From positions 39,806,001 through 39,870,000 of the forward strand of contig NC_087447.1 of the NCBI RefSeq assembly GCF_036321535.1: a stretch of 64,000 nt of DNA, in the 5' to 3' direction. The notes beneath the pieces are model-generated. The model saw only the letters and a program-made list of their open reading frames with translations, did not search any database and was not told where the DNA came from. This stretch comes from Camelus dromedarius. Taxonomy: Eukaryota. A program made the position numbers and the translations under genes. This document shows, one piece after another, positions 13,511-25,623 of the stretch; the first letter of the stretch is position 1; each line of letters begins with the position of its first letter.

Positions 13511-15533
13511 CTACAGAGGACCTACTATGTGCGTGTTTGGCCCATTGGAAATAAAATCACTAAACAGTGTGTAATCTTGCTCTGCTGCTTCAGGCTGAGT
13601 GATGCCCTGTAGTAGTGAGGGGATTTCTAGAGAGGAAGCAATCTTGTTGGGAAGTAGAGGCTGGGAATTTATCTGGAAGTTGAGCGTGCACAATTAGTTC
13701 ACTTTGAAAGTGTGTTCTGATTGGGAGTGATTGAGGGAAAGCTAATGATGTTTGGTGGGGGGTCGGGGGCGGGGGATGGAATACAGTGGAGCCACCTCTT
13801 GGCCTCCTCACTTATATGGGTTAATATTTAATGCTCTATGAACCTATCCCTTTAAAATCTTTACTTCTTAAGGCAACATGGATGATTTTGCTTATTATGT
13901 AAAAGGCCAAGAAGTTTCCAGGAAGAAAAAAAAGACAAAGATTAACATTTTGGAAACTTTTTCCATGTATCTTACTTGTAAGCGATCTTCCAACACCTAA
14001 AAACCACTTACTAAATAATTTCTTACCTTTAAGAGAATTTCTGAAATAGTACAGTGAGAGATAATCCTACTTTGTTAGATGACCTGATTGGGTTTGTGTG
14101 GACAATAAGGTCACTACATGTATGGGAATTTGGAAGGGGCTGATTTAACAGCCACTGTCTTGAGAAAGCCAAGCCTTTGTTATGAGGCCTCTGCTGTGCC
14201 TTGGCCCGTGTCTGAATTAACTTGAGGTGTGTGAAGCAGGTGAATAGTTTCCTACCTCTGTTCATACCTTGAGGTCTGGGGGAAGGCCTGCAATCCACCC
14301 GTTCCAAATGAGAAAGGCAGGCAGGGAAACGGGGGGCTGTCACATGCTGGAAGTAGGGCCAGCAAGCAAAGTGCTGGCTGTGAGTCTGGGACAGTGTTCA
14401 GGGCAGGATCCGGAGGATGTGTCAGATAAGAAGACAGGATCCCAAATGTTTAGGGGCACAGACTGGCGCTGGGCAGGAAGGGAGGCCTGCAGCCTCAGTA
14501 ATGCCACATGAACTCCCTCTTGGTGTGAGGCTTTCTCAAAGAGCCTCTGAGGCCTGGGGAATTCCAAACCTCCATGAAGGGGAAATTCTCAGCCCTGGGG
14601 GCCTGGATCTCCCTTCAGGAGCCTTTTGCCCCATTGCTAGCTGACCCGGCCCTGGGCTCCCACCACCCAACATTTATAGGGGCGTCCTGATTATCCTAAA
14701 TGGCCTGCCCTGCTGTTCTAGGCTTGGGGAGTGTGAGCCAAGGAAATGCATGTGTGACGAGATTTCCGTCCACATTTTCCACACCCCATTTGGGGACACA
14801 AGGTCTGACAAACATGCATGTGCTTGTGGGATTATGACCAGAATATGTGTAATCAGAGCTGCCCCAGAAATCTGGCATCCACTGTGGCCAAAGCTCTGAG
14901 CAGTAGGAGCCCAGCTTCTATGGTCCTCACAACCCTAACAGCTGCCTACTCTTGTGCTACTGTCCAAGGCAGGTTCATTTCAGGTGACATTCAGGTGACA
15001 CTGGGAGTTTGTGATGATGCCAAAGGCCCTGAGACGCCACTACTGAGTCATCATGCCTTGATGCAACCCTGCTTCAGTTCAGGGCCTTGAAGAGGATGCT
15101 TTTCAAAAGCAGTGTTGGTAGTGTGAGGCCACTTTTTTGTCTTTCAGATTAGCAACATGTGTTTTAAATGATAATACTTGCTTTGGTGAAGGATGAGCAT
15201 GAGATGGGTACTGCAGGTAGGAGCAGACATTAATGAAACTTTTATGAAAAGGAGTTTGCCAGTTTGTGTAAGAGGCCTGAAAAGATTAGACAGATTTTGA
15301 GACAGCTCTGTTATACATATCTGTCTCATAATGTACTTTAGCCTAGTAATTTCCTTTAAAACAAACTCCTTTCAGGAAATATATACTATATGGACACAGA
15401 TTTGTGATCATCCCAGGATTGGTAATGCCAAACTATGGAAATTTACTTGTGTCTAATAATAAAAGAATGGTTAAATTAGTCACCTTAAACTAATAGAGTA
15501 GAATATTATGCCTCCATGAAAACAAATGGCATG

Positions 15534-15879
15534 CAGTCTGTCCTCCACATCCATGGGTTTTACACCTGCAGATTCAACCAACCACGGATGGAAAATGTTT
15601 GAAAAAAGTTCCAGAAATTTCAAAAGAGCAAAACTTGAGTTTGCCATGCATCAGCAACTATTTACATAGCATTTATGTTGTTTTTGCAACTAGTTACATA
15701 GCATTTGCCTTGTATCAGGTATTATAAATAGTTTAGAGATTATTTAAAGTATGCAGGAAGATGCATGTAGGTTATATGCAAGTACTGTACCATTTTATAT
15801 GAGAGACTTGAGCATCTGTGGATTTTGATATCCATGGGGATGCTGGAACCAATCCCCTGTGCATATAGAGAGTCCACTG
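15534..15879 (-). mobile_element. MER2 (TcMar-Tigger MITE)
   Basis: cagtctgtcctcc...gattcaaccaacc...gacttgagcatctgtggattttgatatcc...ctggaaccaatcccc...ctg followed by TA. Confidence 0.88.
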
Positions 15880-15989
15880 TATTTACAGAAAATACACAGT
15901 TCACAAAAAATTAGATATAAATCCTCTAAATACCTGAAAAGCTCTGATTTAATATGGGAGGAGGACACTTAAGGACATTAATACCAGAC

Positions 15990-16920
15990 AAGGATTATCA
16001 GGGCCGTGTAGGAGGCCCACATACTCTGCAGGTGGGAAGGTAAATTCCACACCCTTCTTGGAAGATGATTGGCAATTTCTATCAAATTTTTTTGTGAGGG
16101 GCAGTAGTTAGGTTTGTTTGTTTGTTGTTTGTTTGTTTAATAGAGGTACTGGTGATAGAACTCAAGACCTTATGCATGCTAAGCACATGCTCGACCACCG
16201 AGCTATACCCTCCCCGGCTATCAAATTTTAAAATGCAAAAACTTTTGGACCCACGAATTCTACTTTTAGGAGCTTATCCTGCAGATACACTGGTATTGTG
16301 TCTCATGGCGTATGTACAAGGAGAGTTATTACAGTATTGTTTTAGTGGCAAAAGCTGGGAACAACCTAAGTGTCTCCCAGTAGAGCCCTGGGGACATAGA
16401 CGATGGCACAGCTGTTAAAAGTAACACGCTATGCGACTGTGAAAAAGAATGAGGCAGTTCCTTTAGCTCATGGCTACTGTGGAACTATGTATATTAAATG
16501 AAACTCAGCATATGGAATGAAAAATGTGTGGCACAGAAAGTAATGTACGACTACTGTGTATGTGTGTCAGTTTATAGACTATGTCAGGAAGGGCACAAAA
16601 CCTGTGATAGATAATGGCCCCTCTGGGGAATAGGAATGAAGGGAAAATTTAGTATTCACTTTGTGTTCTTTTATAGTTTTCAAATTTTGTGCAATGTAGA
16701 TATATGACCTATTCAGAAATCAATTGATAAAAAAAAGAAAAGAAAATTTAAAAGTAAAAAAGAAGTAAAAATACATTTAAGAACTATAGGGAAAATGCTT
16801 ACAGAATAAAAATAAATGAAAAAAAAACCCCATAGTAAACCAGATATATGGTATAATCTCATTTATTTTTAAAACAATGTACGTAGAAAAAAAAAGACTT
16901 AAAAGAACAAACTAAAATGA
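15990..16920 (+). mobile_element. Ancient LINE-1 3' region (L1ME-like), interrupted by a SINE
   Basis: LLDPRILLLGAYP...WEQPKC remnant in ORF 16122..16418; A-rich tails near 16730-16900. Confidence 0.65.
16091..16217 (-). mobile_element. tRNA-derived camelid SINE (Vic-1-like)
   Basis: Minus strand GGGGAGGGTATAGCTCGGTGG (A box), degenerate B box, A-rich tail; TSD ctatcaaatttt at 16079-16090 and 16218-16229. Confidence 0.9.
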
Positions 16921-18391
16921 CACTGAATGTTTTTCTTTAATATTTATGTTTATTTTTCAGATTTTCCTATAATGATTATATGTCATTTATTTACTTATTT
17001 TCTTTATTCTTTTTGTTGTTTTCCCTTAATGGTTCTATATTATTTTAAATATGGGGGAAAAAAGTTTTTAAAACTCCAATCCAGAACTCTGGATCAGAGT
17101 TTCCAAAACTGTGCTTGAAGTTTCCAAAACTTCTAACCCTGCAGAGTGAGAGGCATCCGTCCCTGGACACTCTCTGGCCAGGCTGGGCTTGGCCCCACAG
17201 TGACCACCATTGGTCCAGGAGCGCAGGGGAGAGAGCATGCCCTTTCTCGGTGCTGGCTACCAAGCACTGACTTCCCAACCAATAACTTCTCTGTTCAAGC
17301 AGCCTGCAGCAGATGGACCCTGGCAATAAGGAGTCATGGAATGGGGAGAGTTGGGAAGAATCAGAAACACAGAGGCCAAGGGAGAGAGCCAGGCACAGAG
17401 CAGCTTCTAGGCTGCAAACATGTGTAGCACAGTGTTCTAGGCTCCCTTGCGCTCCAGGGTTGTGGAGGTTTCTTGAGTATCTCTAATGCTGGAAGTCTCT
17501 GCCTCCTCTCTCTCTCCAGGCTCTGCTTGTCATTCCAGATAGACCATGAGTGTCTACAGCCGTGAAATTCCTGGCACAGAACCCTGGCCTCCTGGAATAG
17601 CTACTTTCCTAACAGAATAACAGCCATATAAATGTAGTGTGTTGAATTCAACAGTGTGAAAACAAAGGGCAGAGGAAGGATAATTCCTGGGTATTGAGCT
17701 GAGACACCTGCCATATACTGTTGTCTGTGTTGTATACTGCTGCATTTTCCATTCATAAAGTAGACATTGTTAATTTGCGTGTTTATTACAACAATTTTTC
17801 TGAAAGACGACTGTTAATTGTTTGATGAAATTAGTATATTATAACAATTTTCAGACATACAGAAAAAAGTGTTTAGAGAAAGGGGTGCCCCTTTCTCATT
17901 GATTGTATGGACCAGTGGCAGCTCTGTTAGCAAATGCAGAATTTCAATTCAGGGGCTACTTTTTGCTCTTGTCCACACACCAGCCCAAACTGCCAGGAAA
18001 CTCCTAATGGTGAGCGTGGGTGACCAGCATGGGCGACTGGACAGCACTAAAAGGACAGTCTCAGGTGCACATTTACAGATGTTGAGAAGGACGCAGAACC
18101 ATGGACCTTTTGGCATCTTGAATGTGCATTGGAGAGGTTGTCTGTTCTGCCTTCACACTTGGATTTCTGGCTTCCCCAGTATGAGAATTGCATGCTGATG
18201 TGTGGATTTCAAAGCAATTATTGAGACCTAAGGGCTCTATTAAGCAAAAATGGCTGGCTGAATCCTCAAGCTTCGGTGACGTGGTCGCTATGGTGTTTAA
18301 TCCTGACTCATGGACCCACAGGCTCTCTCCCAGATTGCAGAGCGAAGATTTCTGTGATCGACCTCATCTGACTGCTCACATCTTTGCATTT

Positions 18392-18393
18392 TG

Positions 18394-18434
<41 letters not shown>
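18392..18434. repeat. (TG)n microsatellite
   Basis: About 21 TG units with one CG interruption. Confidence 0.95.
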
Positions 18435-18436
<2 letters not shown>

Positions 18437-18915
18437 GCATGCGTGCAAGCTCACTCATATGTGTAATGAATGCACTTTGGCTTCCCTCTAAAATTCTTAT
18501 TGAAATACTGATACAGATTGCTTTTGGCCACATTCAGTTTCAAGGTGGGAAAAACCAATTTGCTCCGCTGAAACAAACAGGGCGGAAAACATGTCAGCAG
18601 TCTTGGGCTGTCATGTTTGGGGAGGGGTTTTAGTAATGAGGGGCCCTAAGTCTGGGCATGGCTCCACGGTCTACCACTGCAAGGCCTCTTTCTCCCTTTC
18701 TTCCCCTCCGCTCTCTGCCTCCTCAACTGAACAGGAAGAGCTTTGAGTTGAAAGAGCCGCAAGTCACTGAAATCCCTGGGTTCCCTTCATCCTGTTATGT
18801 CTCCTTTAAGGAGACACCTGACAGCCCTTTTCTCACAAAGCTCTTTTAGGGGGGGTCACTCCCTAATGTCCCATGTGAGCAACCCAGACCCTCTTGCTGA
18901 ATTCTGTATATTTTG

Positions 18916-19050
18916 AGGGGATGGAGGGAGGTAAATAGGTTTATTTACTTATTAAAAAAATTTTTTTAGTGGAGGTACTAGGGATTGAACCCAGGACCTT
19001 GTGCATGCTAAACATGCACTCTACCACTGAGATATACCCTCCCCTAGATC
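18916..19050 (-). mobile_element. tRNA-derived camelid SINE (Vic-1-like)
   Basis: GGGGAGGGTATATCTCAGTGGTAGAG...GGTTCAATCCC (A/B boxes); perfect 16-bp TSD aattctgtatattttg at 18900-18915 and 19051-19066. Confidence 0.93.
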
Positions 19051-19179
19051 AATTCTGTATATTTTGCTGGTTACTGAATATCTAAGAAGAAGAGATGTAT
19101 CAAACTCAATATTTAAAAGATAAAACATATTAGTTACCTTCCCCATTTACCACTACTTCTTCTGCCATGTTCCCTACTT

Positions 19180-19630
19180 TGGTGCAGTGGCTGTGAGGGT
19201 GCACCTAGCAGAACTCCAACTACAGGGAGTGTAATTGGACAAGGATCCACTGTGCTCTGAAATCTGTCACTGTGTTTGTGCTGAGACCACGCTTCCCACA
19301 GGCTGCTGCCAGCAATGACTGAGCACGGCAAGGGTACTAGGGCAGATCCATTCCTGGGCAGCATGGGACAACTCTAGCAGCTGACTTCAGCTCAAGGGCT
19401 CGCTGATAACCTTACAAAATCCTCCATTGACTGCATGGCAGTCTACGATGCTTTTCCCCAAACTTTTGTCCCTCACTCCGACACTTGGGTCTCCTGCATT
19501 TGTGGTCTGTTGGCTCTCCCAGGTTTTTGCAGCTCCTTCTCCATTTTCTTAAATGAAAATCTTTGCTCATTTAATTCCATCTTGGCATCTCTTTCTCAAG
19601 GGCCCAGACAACAAAAGCAGTACTGTGAGT
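19180..19630 (+). mobile_element. ERVL-type LTR (LTR16-like)
   Basis: 3' end ttgctcatttaattccatcttggcatctctttctcaagggcccagac resembles LTR16 U5; internal ctgactt/gctcaagg motifs. Confidence 0.6.
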
Positions 19631-19799
19631 GGGGTAATAGTACTGTTGGCTTCCTTCCATTCTGGTAGTTAATCCTCACAGGGACAGATACTCTTTCTGA
19701 GTATGGGTTTGCCTTCTTGCCTTGGATGATGTGGTGATATGATCCCAGCCTCATGTTTGCCAGGGAACACAGCAAGGGTACACTGAACTATAGGGTATT

Positions 19800-20766
19800 A
19801 AAACTAAGACCCTCTTTCATCAAAAGACACCATTAGGAGATTGAAAAAAATCGTCTACCCAATGGGAAGAGGTATTTGCAGTACATGCATCTGATGTGAC
19901 TTGTATGCAGAATATATAAATTCTTAGAAGACAGCTTTTTAAAAAGCAGATAACCCAGTAGAAAATTATGCAAAGGACTTGAATAGGTACTTCACAAGAG
20001 AATATCCAAATGGCCATTAAGTGTTTGAAAAGGTGTTAAGCTCCACTAGTTATTTGGGAAATGTAGATTAAAGTCTCAAGATGATGCCAGTGAAAATGGC
20101 TAAGATGAAAACGCCAGACAGCTCCATGTGTTGACAAGTAACTGGAGCTGAATAACCAGAACTTTCCCACTCTGCTAGTGGAAGTGTGTACTGGAACAAC
20201 TATTTAGGAAAACTAACAGTATCCACTACACTGCACATACATATGTCCTCTGACCAGCCGTTCCATGTGTATGTAAATTCACCAAAAGACAGAATGGGAA
20301 TGTTCCCAGCAGCATTATTCATGGCACCAAAAGCAAGTAATAACACAAATGTACACTGAGAAGAAAATGGATTGATAAATTATATTTGCATGTTCATATA
20401 ATGGAATATATAGCACTGAGGATGAATGAACCACAATTACATAAAATAACATGGACACTTTCACAATATTGGGAGAAGACAGACTTTACAAAGCATATGG
20501 GATGATTTCAATTTTAAAGTGCTTAAAATCAAACTCAACTAGTCTAGACTGTTAGACATCAGAATTGCAGTTATCCTTTGAGGGTGAGTAATAACTGTGG
20601 TGGTGGTAAAATTATGTTTCATGAGCCGGTGCTAATTACACAGGGGTGTTAACTTTTTCAGAATTCATCAAGCTGCACTAGGATCTGTGCAACTTTTTGT
20701 ATGTATGTTTTTTTGTTTGTGTGTGTGTGTGTGTGTTTGGTATGTATGTTTTGCTTCAATAAAACT
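19800..20766 (+). mobile_element. Old LINE-1 3' part (L1MC/MD-like)
   Basis: caaaggacttgaataggtacttcacaagagaatatccaaatggcc ORF2 motif; ends gtatgttttgcttcAATAAAa. Confidence 0.8.
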
Positions 20767-22144
20767 TACCAAGAAAGTTTACACTTACCCTCAATATTTT
20801 CATCATCAAAAATTTGGAAAATACAAAATAGAAAAATAAATATTGCAAGAGAATATCCACTTCGACATTTTAATGATGCTTTTGGCCTTTTCTCTGTACA
20901 CTCAAATGTCCTCTTCAGCACTTCCTTCAATAAACTCAGGACCATATTCTAGATGCTGGTTTGTAACTGCTTTTTACAACTTCCACTGTATACACAGCCA
21001 ACACCTTTCCATGTCACCAGCATTCTTTTACCACATTTAAAGGATTGCTAGTTGCCCACTGAATTGGAGTTTCATAGTCTATATAAGTCATTTTTCATGT
21101 TTAGGTGGTTTCCAATTTTTCAGTGTCATAAACCATAATATGTGATGATCATTCTTGTAGCTAAATCTTTGCCCCATATCCATAATTATTTCTTTAGACT
21201 CAAGTTCTGGAAGCTAGCTGTCTGGGTATAAAAGGGTGTATACTCTAGGGGTTTAGACATCTCCTGGTTAATTTTTTAACAGCGAAGTAACAGTTTGCAC
21301 TGAGAGCATGCTCTGAAAGGGGTTCCTATCGGGTGGTTCTTGGAATCCTGAGAATGACATTGATGGCAGTGATGTTAATAATTGCCATGGTGCCTGTTAT
21401 CTCATTTGTTTATTTCCCACCAAAAACCTGGCTAGGTGGGTTTTAATAGCTGCCTTTTACAACGAAACAGATTCAAGAGAAGGGCCTTATTCTGTTCTCT
21501 CAGAAGAAAGCTGGATTCAAAGCCGGACCTGTCCAACCAACCCTGAAGCACTCTGTCCACTCTGTGGTGGCTTCCAGGGCAAGGCAGGTCTTCTGCTGAG
21601 CTGTAGCACGGAGCCCAGCTGGACCAGTGATGACTGTAACCTACAGTAGCAATGGTTATTAATGGTCGTAGTGAGAGCTAACGCTCCATTGGTACTAACA
21701 GACTGATCAGGAAAGTGAGTAGGATTGAGACAGACAATGAGAGTAAATCTGGAAGGGTGAGTGCACCTGGGGAGACATTCTGAGTCTGATGGAAGTTACC
21801 AGAAGATAAAAAGTTGAAGTCACGCCTCAGCCCACTTGTTGATGTCACAAGCTTGTATAAGCCCCCTCAGCCACCAGGGCACCAGGCTGTTGGCCTCATT
21901 CCCCTGGAGTAAGGCTGATAAGCACATTCCATTGAGACCAGATGTAGCTGTGAGAAGTCAGAGGCCAGTTTACTAGAAGATACAGAGGGAGTGGAGAGGT
22001 TTGTGCAGGCTTTCTGATTGTGTCTTGAGTTTTTGTGAAAGGCCAAAGAAGTGAGACTTTCTGGGGATGTTCCAGTGAATCTCTGGATCAAGCTGCAGCC
22101 ATTTTTCCATGGCTGGCTACTCAGAAATAGCAAGAAAACTGTAC

Positions 22145-22183
<39 letters not shown>
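22145..22183. repeat. Compound (GT)n(GA)n microsatellite
   Basis: Direct reading. Confidence 0.9.
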
Positions 22184-22271
22184 CGAGCACGCACACATGT
22201 GGGAGCATCCATGAAGGAAATGCTGTGACTGACAAGTTTGGAAGAAACTGGATGTCTGTGCCTGGTTGGCA

Positions 22272-22650
22272 GTGGAGTTATTTGGGCTGTTCATAATATT
22301 CCATTTCTCTCTGTAGGCACATGGTAAGATAGCATTTCCCTATCCCTTTGAAGTTTGGCATAGCCATGTGACTTGTCCTGGCCAAAAAACATGAGTGGCC
22401 ATCATAATATCATGTCTAGGCTAAAGTTAAGAGTTAAGTGTCAATATGGGATTTGCCATGTTCTCTTCTGTCCTTCAGCCATGGGGATCATGACCCGTTA
22501 CAGCCTTCCTCTAACCAGGTCTGAGAGTTTTCAAAGAGTACAGCCCCACTGCCAACCAGCAGTCAATGTGCAGCCGAAGCAAGACAGAAACTTTTGTTAC
22601 ATTGGAGACATGAACTGCATCACTGAACCTAACCAATCCTAACTGATGCA
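22272..22650 (+). mobile_element. MaLR LTR (MLT1I/H-like)
   Basis: ccctttgaagtttggcatagccatgtgacttgtcctggccaa...atcctaactgatgca. Confidence 0.7.
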
Positions 22651-22690
22651 AGGAATGTCAGGTTGGCAAAGGACGACCCTAGCTCTTTTA

Positions 22691-22793
22691 TTTTTTTATT
22701 TTTTTTTGAAAGTCAAGTGATTTTATTTTATTTTTTGTTTTGTTTTGTTTTTAACATTTTTTATTGATTTATAATCATTTTACAGTGTTGTGT
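22691..22793 (-). mobile_element. Ultra-short young LINE-1 3' end with double A-rich tail
   Basis: Perfect 17-bp TSD cgaccctagctctttta at 22674-22690 and 22794-22810; L1 end ACACAACACTGTAAAATGATTATAAATCAATAAAAAATGTT on the minus strand. Confidence 0.92.
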
Positions 22794-22872
22794 CGACCCT
22801 AGCTCTTTTAGATGATTTGATTGTGGTGTTCAGCACAGGTGGGTAGAGACACAGCTTGGCTGTAGGACATAT

Positions 22873-23222
22873 TGCTATAGACTGGACATCTGTGTGCCCC
22901 CAAATCCGTATGCTGAAACCTGACGTCTAACATGATGGTATTGGGAGGTGGGGCTTTCAGGAGGTGATTAGGTCACGAGGATGAAGCCATCATGAGTGGG
23001 ATTAGTGTTCTTATAAAAGAGACCCCACAAAAGTCTCTAGCCCCTTCTATCATGTGAGGACACAGTAAGAGGATGGTCATTTATGAACTGGAAGGGAGGG
23101 CCTCATCAGACACAGAACCTGACCATGCAGATACCCTGATCCACTGTGAGAAACAGGTTTTTATTGTTTATAAGCCATCCAGTCTGTGGCATTTTGTATA
23201 GCAGCCCAAGTGGACTAAGACA
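22873..23222 (+). mobile_element. MaLR solo LTR (MLT1A-like)
   Basis: TG...CA termini; tgatggtattgggaggtggggc, gggattagtgttcttataaaagagaccc, tatagcagcccaagtggactaagaca. Confidence 0.9.
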
Positions 23223-24686
23223 CTATGTTAACTGACAAGGGTCTAAACTGGTCTTACTATCATGTGAACAAAGGACAATAAAGCATTAAATAAAATAATG
23301 AAACAATGAAAGTAAAGGCATGACCCACACCGTGTTCTTAAACATCATGTTTTCCTCTAGGGCTCTGCCAGCCTCACAGGTGGGGGCAGCCTGTCGTGGT
23401 GCTCGGCAGTCATAATATCTCCCCAGGGGATGGCTTGACTTTGCCTCTGACTGTTTTTTAAAAACCTAAGGCTAATGATGTTTAATGTGCTGGTACAGTT
23501 TGGTTATTACTTTATTGACTATCATCTAATTGATGGGGTTTCTTCTTATCTTACAAGCTGAAATCTCTTGAACATGATAATCATTACTGGACAATACAGT
23601 GTTCAGTTTATTCTGAGAGTAATCATGCTGCAATATCAGGCATTGCTCTTTGCAATCAATGGAGATTGTTTTTTTCATTACAACAGAAGGAAATACTAAT
23701 TTTAGGAGCCACAATAGAAAGATAAGGTCCAATGGAGCCATTATTGGTATAAGCAGCTGATTTCAGATCACTAGCTAGTACTGTTTGCTGAGTCACAATA
23801 GAGTGAGGTCCCAGGGCCATGTGTGTAGATAAAGGTACTGATGTAAAATACACACTAACCTGAGGGAATTACTGAGTAAGCCCTGTGCTTCCTAGGTATC
23901 AGCTGAAGTACAGAACTGGCCCCACTGTCTTAGTCTGTAGCTCATTGTGCTGAGAAAAAGCCATCATAGAAAACTGACTCATCTGATGACCAATATCCAA
24001 GTTTAGTATAAGATCACTTAACATTTCCCCAAACCACGAATGGACATGTACGGGAATGTATTAGTCCTTTTGTTGATGTGGTATTTATTATTTAAAAATT
24101 TGCAAAGAGAACTGGGTTATGAAGTTCAATCCAGCAAATATTTCCTGAGCGCCTACTTTTTCCACTTATTGTAAACAAAAGCCCTCATTGCAATAAATAT
24201 GTTTAGTCTGGAAAGCGGGGGGCATTGAGTGGGATAGATGTAAGTTGAGTGATATGCCTGTCCGGTCCCCCCGTGCACATTAAATTTTTCAGAATGCAGC
24301 TTTAGACTTTAGTTCATATGACTTCATTTGTCTTTTAACTTTTTATCAATATCTAGTAGTTCAAGTCCTCCAACTTTGTTCTTTTTTCATGTTTGTCTTG
24401 GCTCTTCTCAGCTTTTGCATTTTTATATAAATTTTAGAAACAGCCTGTCAGTTTCTCCCAATAAAACATTGCCAACATTTTGATCAGAATTGCATGCAAT
24501 TTATAGATTGACTAGGAGTGTGTTGGTATCTTTCAGATATTGTCTTCCATTCATGAAAATGTTATATCCTTCCACTTACTTAGATTTATTTCAATTTGTC
24601 TTGATAACATGTGGTTTTCAGTGTAGAGGTCTTGTACATCTTTCATTATATTTGTTACTAGATACTTGATGTTTTTTGATGCTACT

Positions 24687-25150
24687 TTTGGTAGGCTGAA
24701 AAGTGACCCCCCGATGATGTCAGGTCCTAATCCCTGAAACCTGTAAATGTGACTTTATTTGGAAATGAGTTTTTGCAAATGTGATTAGGTTAAGGATTTT
24801 GAGGTGAGGGATTGTCCTGGATTATCTGGAGAAGCCTAAAATGCCACCATAGGTGAGAGACGTTTAAGAGAGCAGGGGATGATTTGACACAGGCACATGG
24901 GGAGAAGGTCATATGAAGATGGAACAGAAAGAGATTTGACGATGCTGGCCTTGAAGATTGGAGTGATGTCACCACTAATCCAAGAATGCCGTGGAAGCAG
25001 CAAGAACAGATTCTCCCTCACAGCCTCTGGGAGGAATATAGCCCTGCTGACACCTTGATTTGGTCTCGGTGGAACTGATTTTGGACTTCTGGCCTCCAGA
25101 ACAGTAAGAGAATAAACTTTTGGTGTTTAAGACACTTCTGAAGTTGGTAA
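24687..25150 (+). mobile_element. MaLR LTR (MLT1C/D-like)
   Basis: tggtaggctgaa...gtcctaatccctgaaacctgt...ggacttctggcctccagaac...AATAAA. Confidence 0.85.
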
Positions 25151-25569
25151 GTGTCTCCAGGTTAAAGGGACCCCTGACCTCTGTATTTCTGTCTTCTCCT
25201 ACATCTTGGGCCACTGATTTTTAACTCTCTTTTGGGTTCTTCAGTGACTCTGAGTAGATTTAAAAATTTTTAACAGTTCAGTAGAAGAGTTGTTATATTA
25301 TCTAATTTCACATTTCACGGTAACCTCACCTGCCTTTTTCCTGAGTAGATTAGAATTTTTTAAAGTACATTCACTTCCTGTATTGTTTCTAATTTCTCTA
25401 CACTGCTCTTTCTTTCTCTTTCTTCTTTTCTTCTTTGTTTTTCTCCAGCTTCTTTGCTTTGTCTCAGTCTGTTATGTTAAAACATAATCCTTCTTCAGAT
25501 GGCTAGGGAGACTTGTTTCAAAAAAAAAACCATATATTTGAAAAACCAGGCACTAAATGCTGATTGGAG

Positions 25570-25623
25570 GTGTGTGTGTGTGTGTGTGTGTGTGTGAGTG
25601 AGAGAGAGAGAGAGAGAGAGAGA
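25570..25623. repeat. Compound (GT)n(GA)n microsatellite
   Basis: Direct reading. Confidence 0.92.

Noticed and set aside
17495..17600. Plus-strand acceptor-like ctctctctccag
   Set aside because: No convincing donor or recognisable reading frame downstream
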